Shown in pieces: positions 19,084-26,105 of a stretch of DNA of 34,455 bases. The notes under the pieces were generated by a model. The model was not told the DNA's origin. It made no database searches and saw only the letters and a program-made list of their open reading frames with translations. The stretch is taken from contig CAMFFI010000001.1 of the NCBI GenBank assembly GCA_945949625.1, positions 1-34,455 of the forward strand, read 5' to 3'. A program made the position numbers and the translations under genes. The DNA is from an uncultured bacterium. Its GTDB lineage: Bacteria; Bacillota; Clostridia; Oscillospirales; Acutalibacteraceae. How positions within the stretch are numbered: position 1 is the first letter of the stretch; each line of letters begins with the position of its first letter.

Positions 19084-20163
19084 TTATGCAACAGTTCTTT
19101 CTGTGTCGGTTGCAACAGCAGAAGTAAACAGAGCGTCATCAAGCGCAACCGCTTTTGCGGTGGTCTTGCCGGAAGGCAGGGTAATAGTTCCGCCGCTTGT
19201 GGTTCTAATTACGTTTTTGCTAAATCTCGGGTCGCTTCCGTCGAGAGTAACAAGAACCTCGGTTGCTCCGGTAGAGGTTACTGTAAGAGTACTGCTGGAA
19301 AAACCGAAAGTAGGTGTCGCCTGTTGAGTAGAAGCGGCAACAGCAGCATAAACGCCGTCAACCTTTGCGCCGATAACAAATGCGTCGTAAAGGAATCTGC
19401 CCTCAAGAAGCGAACCGTTAATTCCGGGCGGGTCGGAATGAAGCTTCATATCGTTTATCTTTTTCGGCTGAACAATGGCTTCTTTTGCCGCAATAAGGAA
19501 ATAGCACTGTGAAGTGCCTTTCTTCAAATACTCATCAGGAACGGGAATAACCTGTGCTCCCATAAAAGTACCGAGAGAGCCTCTCACAAGTGCTTTTGTT
19601 CCAAGCGCGTCAATGCCGATAAACTGTTTAGAAATACGAAGCATTCCGAAATAAGTCCATCCGATAAAGACGGTTCTGTTTTCTGCCGGCACGTTCTTGT
19701 TGCTCATATATACCATACCGTCAGAAAGTTTTTCAACAATGGTTTCGGTGGTAGGCGCTGCGGCAAGAGCATCAATTTTGCCGGCATAGTCGATATATCT
19801 GCCAAGGGCATATTTATCCATTTCAGGAACAACCTTAAATTTCATTTCGCCGCGAAGAATCTTTCCGGCTGCCTTGGCCATTTTCTGTTCTTTGTTGTTG
19901 CCTTTATCAATGGTCATTGTAAATGCACGGTCGCGGGTAATTTCCATATGGTTAACGGTGTCCTGAAGTTCTTTAGGAGTACCGTATCTCGACATACCCT
20001 CACGCTGATAATCGGTAAGGTCCTGATATACGGGGGAATAGACGTTTATTGCTCTAACGCCGTCCCAGTTATAGTCTTTGTTTGTTGCTCCGTCTACTAC
20101 TGAAGCAAGGGCAAAGCCCTCTGCAAGCTGCTGTTCATATTTTTCTGCAAGATTTATTGCCAT
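19084..20163 (-). CDS. Major capsid protein with C-terminal Ig/Fn3-like extension
   Basis: MAINLAEKY, DYQR-x4-RYG, PPGINGSLLEGRFLYDAFV; VTLDGSDP in the extension. Confidence 0.9.
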   Translation of the reverse strand: MAINLAEKYEQQLAEGFALASVVDGATNKDYNWDGVRAINVYSPVYQDLTDYQREGMSRYGTPKELQDTVNHMEITRDRAFTMTIDKGNNKEQKMAKAAGKILRGEMKFKVVPEMDKYALGRYIDYAGKIDALAAAPTTETIVEKLSDGMVYMSNKNVPAENRTVFIGWTYFGMLRISKQFIGIDALGTKALVRGSLGTFMGAQVIPVPDEYLKKGTSQCYFLIAAKEAIVQPKKINDMKLHSDPPGINGSLLEGRFLYDAFVIGAKVDGVYAAVAASTQQATPTFGFSSSTLTVTSTGATEVLVTLDGSDPRFSKNVIRTTSGGTITLPSGKTTAKAVALDDALFTSAVATDTERTVA

Positions 20164-20180
20164 TTTTCATTTTCCTTTCT

Positions 20181-21032
20181 TTATTCGCCGAAGAACCCGG
20201 AAAGGAAGTTGTCATCGTTGCCGGAAGCCGAATCTTTTGAGCTTCCCATTGATGAATAATAATTTGTCTGTTTTTGTTTAAGTTCCGTGTTCTCCGAAGT
20301 AAGTTCGTTTATCTGTTTTTGATTTTTGTTATAAAGTTCATAGGCGAATGTAGGGTCTGTTCCGGCTCCTATCATCGCCGCCACTTCTTCAGGAAATTCC
20401 TTAACATCGGGGTATTTTTCGTGAAAAGCTCTATAAGGGGCAAGCTCTTTTTCTCTGTCCTGCTCTTCCTGTTTTTTCTTGCTTTCCTCGTTTTCCTTTG
20501 CGGCTTTATAATTCGCAAGTTCGCTGTTTTCAACGTTCTTCTGTGCGATTATTTCAACCGCTTCGTCCGAAAGTTCGGGATATTCCTTTCTCACTTTGTC
20601 AATCTCGTGCCGCAGACTGATTTGACCTATGGACTGCTCAAGAAATTTAGAATATTCTTCGGGCGTCTTTCCGTTAAGTTCGGCAAGCTTTGCAATCTGC
20701 TTGTGAAGCGGTGTGTTATTTACCGCATGGTCATAATTAAGACCTTTTTGAATTGTGGTAATAACGTCATCCTCTTTAATTCCAAGCCTTTCAGCAAGAC
20801 TTTTTACCTCTCCTTCCGGAATCGGGTATTCTTTTCCGAGAAATTTTACCGGAAGCATGGTTTCTGCTTCTTTTTCTTCATTTACTTCGGAATTTACTTC
20901 TTCTTTGTTTTCGCCTTCGTCCGAATTATCTTCGTTGCTTGAATCTTCGTTTTCAGTATCAGTCTGAAAGTCGTTTTCTTCAAAAATATCAAAGCTGGTT
21001 TCCTCTTCGGTATTTACCATGGTTTCTGGCAT
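20181..21032 (-). CDS. Capsid scaffolding protein
   Basis: Acidic N-terminus, QKGLNYD motif, DDNFLSGF end; directly upstream of the capsid gene. Confidence 0.8.
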   Translation of the reverse strand: MPETMVNTEEETSFDIFEENDFQTDTENEDSSNEDNSDEGENKEEVNSEVNEEKEAETMLPVKFLGKEYPIPEGEVKSLAERLGIKEDDVITTIQKGLNYDHAVNNTPLHKQIAKLAELNGKTPEEYSKFLEQSIGQISLRHEIDKVRKEYPELSDEAVEIIAQKNVENSELANYKAAKENEESKKKQEEQDREKELAPYRAFHEKYPDVKEFPEEVAAMIGAGTDPTFAYELYNKNQKQINELTSENTELKQKQTNYYSSMGSSKDSASGNDDNFLSGFFGE

Positions 21033-21055
21033 ATTGAAAAATCCTCCTTTAAATA

Positions 21056-21084
21056 TAAAAAGCGGGCATAACCCGCTCTTTTTC
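21056..21084. terminator. Hairpin/terminator between Zn-ribbon gene and scaffold
   Basis: AGCGGG-CATAA-CCCGCT flanked by A- and T-runs. Confidence 0.6.
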
Positions 21085-21086
21085 GT

Positions 21087-21248
21087 TTATTCTGTTTTAA
21101 GTTCGTGCAAAACTTCTTTTTTTTCGCCTTTGTTTTGGCATTTCGGGTTGTGACAGCTCATTTCCTGCACAATAAAAAACTTTTCTCCGTTTTTTCGGTA
21201 AAAGCTTCTGTCAATCATCATTTCACAATTACATTTTTCACAGCGCAT
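21087..21248 (-). CDS. Small Zn-ribbon protein (53 aa, not in ORF track)
   Basis: GGAGG RBS; MRCEKCNCEM...SCHNPKC. Confidence 0.75.
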   Translation of the reverse strand: MRCEKCNCEMMIDRSFYRKNGEKFFIVQEMSCHNPKCQNKGEKKEVLHELKTE

Positions 21249-21249
21249 T

Positions 21250-22578
21250 TTAACCTCCATAGCTTAAAAAGCTTTCAAGTTCGCTTCCAAACTCTTCTTC
21301 ATCTTCGTTTTTCTCTGAAAGAAGAGGAATCTTCCTTCCTGTGCAAAAATATCTTATCGCGTCAAGACTGTGCGTAATATCATGCGGTTCTTTTGCCATA
21401 TCGTCCGGGTCTGTTTCATCAAACTGCGCAAGCGGAATATCGTGTATGAGGTTCTTGCAGTTTTCAAATATCCGAAGTCCCGCTACTTTGTTACCCATTT
21501 CGTCAAATCCGGGATGCAGGTGCTCCTTCATATCAATCCAACCGGTGTGCCTGTCCGCTTTTGCCCTCGAAAGATATATTCCGAAGTCAGAAAATATCTC
21601 CGCAACGCTGCGCCCGGTGTCGTTTCTTCTGCTCCACATATCCGGCGGTGCAAAATAAATCAGCGTTTCCGGGTCGTCAACGCTTTTAAGGTATTTAGCC
21701 GCTTCCGAAACTACCATATTCGGCTTATGTATTTCTTTATATACATATTCTCTGCCGTTTTGGTCTACGGCAATCCAATATGCCGCAAACATATCAAGTC
21801 CGTAGTCCATTGTGCAATATCTCTGCCAATCCGGCGGAATGACAAACGGCTTAATAACGTGTATATTGCGGTCAAATTCGGTGAAGAACTGCCCGGCGTA
21901 AACATCCCAGTCTCCGTCAAGCCACGCTCTGCGCAAATCCTCCGGCAAAGATTTAAGCTGGTCGATGTAATCCGGCTGCGCTTCCATCAGCGCGTAGTTG
22001 TCCTGCGCCTTTGCAGGAATAAAAGTGTAATCCTCCGGGTTCTCGTTCGGGTAAAAAAGCCTGTCAATAAACAGTCTCTTTACCCAGTTGTGACCGGGGC
22101 CTCCCGGGTTCGCCGTAAGATATGTTCTTTTCGGAAAATCATTTACGCCTCGAACAACGGCTTTCAGAGTGTTGAACTGATATTCGGTAAGCTGCGTCGC
22201 TTCGTCTATAAACAAAACATCGTATTCCTGCCCTTGGTACTGCAAAACATCACTGTCCGTTGCACAATATCCTGCAACGATAATACTCTGTTTTCCTTGG
22301 TTTTCGTTGAAATAGAATGTCTTGTTTCGCTCTTTGTATTTGGCAATTCCGTTCAGTTCCTCTTTAAGAGGCGTTATGTGGTTAGTCTCAAGCTCCGGAA
22401 AGGTTCGCCGAATTATAAGCATCTTTATCCCCGGATAGTTAATACCTAAAAGCATGGCTTTCTTTCTTACCGCCCAGCTCTTTCCTCCGCCTCTCGCTCC
22501 GCCGTAAAGAACATACCGACAATCAGATAAAAAAAAGAGCTTCTGACGGTCGTTCGGCTTAATCGAAATGTTAATCAT
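21250..22578 (-). CDS. terL: Terminase large subunit
   Basis: Walker A YGGARGGGKS, Walker B LFIDEATQ, TANPGG, DYG and HSLDAIRY. Confidence 0.95.
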   Translation of the reverse strand: MINISIKPNDRQKLFFLSDCRYVLYGGARGGGKSWAVRKKAMLLGINYPGIKMLIIRRTFPELETNHITPLKEELNGIAKYKERNKTFYFNENQGKQSIIVAGYCATDSDVLQYQGQEYDVLFIDEATQLTEYQFNTLKAVVRGVNDFPKRTYLTANPGGPGHNWVKRLFIDRLFYPNENPEDYTFIPAKAQDNYALMEAQPDYIDQLKSLPEDLRRAWLDGDWDVYAGQFFTEFDRNIHVIKPFVIPPDWQRYCTMDYGLDMFAAYWIAVDQNGREYVYKEIHKPNMVVSEAAKYLKSVDDPETLIYFAPPDMWSRRNDTGRSVAEIFSDFGIYLSRAKADRHTGWIDMKEHLHPGFDEMGNKVAGLRIFENCKNLIHDIPLAQFDETDPDDMAKEPHDITHSLDAIRYFCTGRKIPLLSEKNEDEEEFGSELESFLSYGG

Positions 22579-22946
22579 CTCGAATAGTCATCTCCGTCTT
22601 TGCTCTCAATCGTAATGTGAATGCTGCTGTTTTCGTCCCCAATCGGCTGATTCGGCTTTCCTATCGCTCGGTCAAGAATGTTTATAATCGCGTCGTAGTT
22701 GTTCTTGTTGCCGTCCTGTTGCATCACTCGCACCAGCTTCTCCGCAGCTTCTACGGCGGCACTCTTGATTATCTTCTTCGCGTCACGGCGCTCCTGCCGC
22801 TCCTCTTCGGTCAGCGGAGGTCTGCCTTTCGGGTTTCCGCTCTGACCCGGCTTGAACCAGTAAGGATTAAGCCATTCCTTCGCTCCCTCGCTTCTCCTGT
22901 CGTGAAGCTCCTGCTTCTCCGCCGCTGTCATTTTCTTTCTGGTCAA
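22575..22946 (-). CDS. terS: Probable terminase small subunit (DUF5681-like)
   Basis: FKPGQSGNPKGRP and ILDRAIGKP motifs; ATGA overlap with terL. Confidence 0.75.
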   Translation of the reverse strand: MTRKKMTAAEKQELHDRRSEGAKEWLNPYWFKPGQSGNPKGRPPLTEEERQERRDAKKIIKSAAVEAAEKLVRVMQQDGNKNNYDAIINILDRAIGKPNQPIGDENSSIHITIESKDGDDYSR

Positions 22947-22976
22947 TGCTCATTTCTCCTTTCTTTTTATTTCTTG

Positions 22977-23018
22977 TAGGGCGCGCAGGACTTGAACCTG
23001 CCCTCTCCATTCGCCCCA
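22977..23018 (-). ncRNA. Armless tRNA-like element (acceptor stem plus T arm)
   Basis: TGGGGCG/CGCCCTA stem enclosing a perfect GCAGG-TTCAAGT-CCTGC T arm and a 10-nt connector. Confidence 0.5.
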
Positions 23019-23021
23019 TGT

Positions 23022-23093
23022 TGGCGCCCCGGGTGTCGAACCCTCGCCCCTTCCGCTTATCATTCGGCTGTGCTTCCGTTACACCATGGCGCC
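23022..23093 (-). tRNA. Degenerate tRNA (GAT at the anticodon position, Ile-like; probably pseudo)
   Basis: GGCGCC acceptor pairs, U8, GTGT/GCAC D stem, GGGTTCGACACCC T loop; mismatched anticodon and T stems; no CCA. Confidence 0.55.
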
Positions 23094-23559
23094 AGTATTC
23101 ACTTGTTCGGAATCTCAAATAACTGCCTAAAATCACCGTTTTGCAAGCTATTTTCATCAAATCTTGCAATCTTTTTTATATATCCCCGAGTTTTTTGACA
23201 CCCACCCCCTCTATTCTGCATAATTCTTTATTCATCACTTGCATTTTACTACTGTTATTGTATTTTACTTTAGCGTACTAAAGCATTCAAATTCCTGATT
23301 TTTGTCAGAGTAGATATATAGATACCTTTTTGGAGCCGCCCCCCTTTGGAGGGGCTACCCTACCACCCCCCACCCCCCATATACGCCTTGTACCTGCGCG
23401 CCTGAAACAAGAGCAAGAGAGTATTGCCAATGTGCCGAAATGCCGTGTGTGTGTGATGATGAATATATTTAAGAGCTTGTAAAAGAACTGATAACTGTCA
23501 CAAGTAACAGGTTTCGCGTACAGTAGCGGCGGGGCAAAATGCAGGGTGCAGGGTGGACG

Positions 23560-23568
23560 TGGTACAAT
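23560..23568 (+). promoter_or_regulatory. Extended -10 promoter of the plus-strand cassette
   Basis: TG-G-TACAAT, preceded by a TGCAGGG direct repeat; no clear -35. Confidence 0.5.
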
Positions 23569-23578
23569 GGGCTTGCCC

Positions 23579-23620
23579 GATGAGGGAGAACGAAAAAACA
23601 CAAAGGAGAATAAAAAGATG
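23579..23620 (+). repeat. Leader repeat copy 1
   Basis: GATGAGGGAGAAC-GA-AAAAACACAAAGGAGAA-TAAAAAG-ATG. Confidence 0.8.
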
Positions 23621-23878
23621 ATACACAAAATAGACAACACAATCGAAGAGAAATACATTGAATTGGCAAACAAGCGCGTGGCGGATATACACGCGGGAAT
23701 GCTCCACGTTGGCTTATATGGCATACTCGGATGCAAAACCATAGACGACTACGCAAACGAGCTCGGCGACGCCGTATATAACGATAAGAATGTAGCGCCC
23801 GAGTTTAGTGGTTGGTACCGCGAAATGATAATCTCGAATGCGATACGTCACGCGCTTGAAGATATTTTTCCCGCCTGA
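23618..23878 (+). CDS. Hypothetical early protein
   Basis: AAAGGAG RBS and ATG at 23618; 86 aa. Confidence 0.75.
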   Translation: MIHKIDNTIEEKYIELANKRVADIHAGMLHVGLYGILGCKTIDDYANELGDAVYNDKNVAPEFSGWYREMIISNAIRHALEDIFPA

Positions 23879-23919
23879 TGAGGGAGAACAACAAAAACAC
23901 AAAGGAGAACAAAGACATG
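23877..23919 (+). repeat. Leader repeat copy 2
   Basis: GATGAGGGAGAAC-AAC-AAAAACACAAAGGAGAA-CAAAGAC-ATG. Confidence 0.8.
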
Positions 23920-24198
23920 AAATTTATCATGAAATTAAAAAATCACCCGTATGCACAGTGCTCAGTTCGCGTATTACTTGACGGCTCTATCGTTTTTACA
24001 AGCTATAAAACAGATGTTATTTATATTGATAAAGATGGATGGCTCTACGTCAGCGGATTATATTCCTATACGACAAAAAGGCAAATAGGCTATTTTCTCA
24101 AAGAATACGTCCCTTGTTTGAGTTTTCAAGATATAAAAAGCCTTTATTGCAGTAACCGTGTTTTAAATATTCATACGGCTGAAGTTAAAATTGCTTAA
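23917..24198 (+). CDS. Conserved hypothetical phage protein
   Basis: AAAGGAG RBS; SYKTDV and GLYSYTTKRQI motifs recalled from small phage proteins. Confidence 0.8.
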   Translation: MKFIMKLKNHPYAQCSVRVLLDGSIVFTSYKTDVIYIDKDGWLYVSGLYSYTTKRQIGYFLKEYVPCLSFQDIKSLYCSNRVLNIHTAEVKIA

Positions 24199-24207
24199 TT
24201 TATAAAT

Positions 24208-24282
24208 TGGTTCGCATAACCCCGCCTGATGATGGCTTGCCGGTTACAAGCCGAAACGCCGTGAGGCGTCGCGGGAAACCAA
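24208..24282 (+). ncRNA. Type I hammerhead ribozyme
   Basis: Stem I CCCGC/GCGGG, CUGAUGA core, stem II GGCUUG/CAAGCC, GAAA, stem III CGCC-GUGA-GGCG, GUC cleavage triplet at 24268-24270. Confidence 0.92.
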
Positions 24283-24317
24283 ATCCGAATATTATTTACT
24301 GAAAGGGGATTTTCAAA

Positions 24318-24596
24318 ATGAAACCCAAAAACATCACCCGCAAATTTACTAAAAGCGTTATTTGCTACACCCGCTTTGCCTTTGACAACGGCGCGCTTAA
24401 CGAAATTGACAATGACGAAATTGTCGTTGACTATGCCGTTGACGAAGCAGCAGCCAAAAAGGTTGTAAAGAAGTGCCTTAAATCTGACCTTTTCCGCATT
24501 GATAAAATTCGTTCTTATAATACGGTTTATGCTTGCAGTATTGAAGATTTTCTTAAGATTGCGCACCCTATTGTAGAAACCTGGGCGGCGCTTTAA
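24318..24596 (+). CDS. Possible phi29 p6-like dsDNA-binding protein
   Basis: ITRKFTKS N-terminus and VY-x2-SIEDFLKIA C-terminus resemble the p6 pattern (from memory). Confidence 0.55.
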   Translation: MKPKNITRKFTKSVICYTRFAFDNGALNEIDNDEIVVDYAVDEAAAKKVVKKCLKSDLFRIDKIRSYNTVYACSIEDFLKIAHPIVETWAAL

Positions 24597-24606
24597 CCGC
24601 CCTACA
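24583..24606 (+). repeat. 24-nt palindromic repeat copy 1
   Basis: GGGCGGCG-CTTT-AACCGCCC-TACA. Confidence 0.75.
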
Positions 24607-24669
24607 GTTGAAATTGAAACCCAGGAAGCAGTTACCGAAGAACCAAAACAGGAAGAGGAGGAAACCAAA

Positions 24670-25389
24670 ATGAAAGAATTTGCAATGATTGAAAAGAGAA
24701 TCACCGAAGAAGCCGAGAAGAACACTATTGACACAGTTTTCTACATTGAAAACGGATATTTCCCGACATGGGCAGAGGAACACCGCACAGACCCCGACAG
24801 GGGCTTGAAAGCCAACAGCACAGAAACCCGGTGGAAACAGTACCAAGCCGGAACAATCAGCCGTGAAAAGGCGGTCGAGCTTGCCACCAAGAGAGCAACA
24901 AAGGAAATCGAGAAGAAAACCGCCGCAAAGCTGGCGGAGCTCGACAGGGTTGCCAATGTACCAGACCTCACCTTCATTTCCGTTTCCGTTGATTGGGTAC
25001 GCTCTCGCACTTGGGGATATAACCCCAATGTTGAAGTGAGAACCAACACCGGGACATATTACGGAACGGCGAGCGGTTGCGGCTATGATAAAGAATCCGC
25101 CGCCATTGCGGACGCTTTCAACAAGTGCGACAGTATTTTAAAAGCCCTGTACCAGCTCAAGGAAAACGGCTTGAGAGCTGGCAAGACGGACGCAAGCAAA
25201 ACAGCTTTCACAGGTGTTGACAATCGCAATATTTGCGGCTATGGCTCGGGCTATTCCGTATTGCCTTATTTTGAAGGCGGTGTCGGTGCTTCTTGCTTTT
25301 GGTCTATTCTGAAAGATTGCGGATATAAGACCAGCGGACACCACAGCAAACATAGCGATTTTTACAGCATAGAAAAGGAGGTCGCATAA
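24670..25389 (+). CDS. Conserved hypothetical phage protein
   Basis: GAGGAGG RBS; 239 aa; ASGCGYDKESAA and LPYFEGGVG motifs. Confidence 0.85.
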   Translation: MKEFAMIEKRITEEAEKNTIDTVFYIENGYFPTWAEEHRTDPDRGLKANSTETRWKQYQAGTISREKAVELATKRATKEIEKKTAAKLAELDRVANVPDLTFISVSVDWVRSRTWGYNPNVEVRTNTGTYYGTASGCGYDKESAAIADAFNKCDSILKALYQLKENGLRAGKTDASKTAFTGVDNRNICGYGSGYSVLPYFEGGVGASCFWSILKDCGYKTSGHHSKHSDFYSIEKEVA

Positions 25390-25421
25390 TGATTCGATTT
25401 ACAAGCGAGGATTTGTGCCGA

Positions 25422-25445
25422 GGGCGGCGGCTAAACCGCCCCACA
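25422..25445 (+). repeat. 24-nt palindromic repeat copy 2
   Basis: GGGCGGCG-GCTA-AACCGCCC-CACA. Confidence 0.75.
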
Positions 25446-25466
25446 AATTGAAAGGAGCAAAACACC

Positions 25467-25733
25467 ATGAAAACAAAAATCATCGCCGCCATAATCGCCG
25501 CCGTTCTACTTGTTGTACTGCTTTCAAGTACCGAAGTTTGCTTCGGTGCTTGCCTTGACAGCGACGGCAACGGCAGAATTTTCACCCGCAGCCCTTACAA
25601 TTATATCAGCTACTCCGGCGTGCCGGATGTACGCCCCGGCGACCTTATCCTTACCGTGGAATTTATAAATCCTTTTGTGGGCGAAGATGATATAATCTTC
25701 CGCTCCGACTTTATCTTGACAGAGGAGGCGTAA
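25467..25733 (+). CDS. Secreted or membrane-anchored hypothetical protein
   Basis: AAAGGAG RBS; N-terminal hydrophobic signal. Confidence 0.8.
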   Translation: MKTKIIAAIIAAVLLVVLLSSTEVCFGACLDSDGNGRIFTRSPYNYISYSGVPDVRPGDLILTVEFINPFVGEDDIIFRSDFILTEEA

Positions 25734-25735
25734 CC

Positions 25736-25843
25736 TTGAAAAAATTTCTTTTTGCCGCACTTAAAAAAGTCGCAATCGCGTTCTTCTGGTTTAATTGGCT
25801 TTTAGCTTTCGGCAATATGACCATTTTTGACCTCTTTAGTTGA
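25736..25843 (+). CDS. Small hydrophobic peptide (35 aa)
   Basis: GAGGAGG RBS, TTG start; MKKFLFAALKKVAIAFFWFNWLLAFGNMTIFDLFS. Confidence 0.55.
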   Translation: MKKFLFAALKKVAIAFFWFNWLLAFGNMTIFDLFS

Positions 25844-25863
25844 CAGCTTACCGTTTTTATGCC

Positions 25864-25890
25864 GCCCTGCATTAGCAGGGCTTTTTCTTT
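25864..25890 (+). terminator. Terminator of the plus-strand cassette
   Basis: GCCCTGC-ATTA-GCAGGGC-TTTTT. Confidence 0.85.
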
Positions 25891-25956
25891 CCGCCGCTTT
25901 TTTTGGCTTTCTTACAAGGCATAAATAAAATCCCTCTTTTCAAAATATTTTTATAA

Positions 25957-25992
25957 CAAAAAAGCACCCGTTTTTAAGCAGGTGCTTTTTTG
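25957..25992. terminator. Bidirectional terminator
   Basis: CAAAAAAGCACC...GGTGCTTTTTTG. Confidence 0.75.
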
Positions 25993-26105
25993 CCAAAATT
26001 TAAGGAGTGCAAAAAAATGAAAGAACTACTATTATGACAAAATCGTATGTGGCTATGTGACTTTTCATCTCTCCACGATATTATTATAATATTATAAAAG
26101 TATCA

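Noticed and set aside
6336-22449. Long plus-strand ORFs (e.g. 6336-7382, 8973-9905, 11002-12039, 21370-22449)
   Set aside because: Antisense shadows of well-supported minus-strand genes, with Phe/Arg-rich composition and no RBS
22960-23021. tRNA-associated HDV-like (theta) ribozyme 3' of the tRNA
   Set aside because: I could not build the nested double pseudoknot; the sequence is better explained as acceptor stem plus T arm
22867-23756. ORF-track CDSs 22867-23169, 23305-23742 and 23469-23756
   Set aside because: They overlap tRNA-like, promoter or opposite-strand coding sequence, lack RBSs and have unnatural composition
23870-23890. Second functional hammerhead
   Set aside because: Has CUGAUGA but no stem II, GAAA, stem III or cleavage triplet
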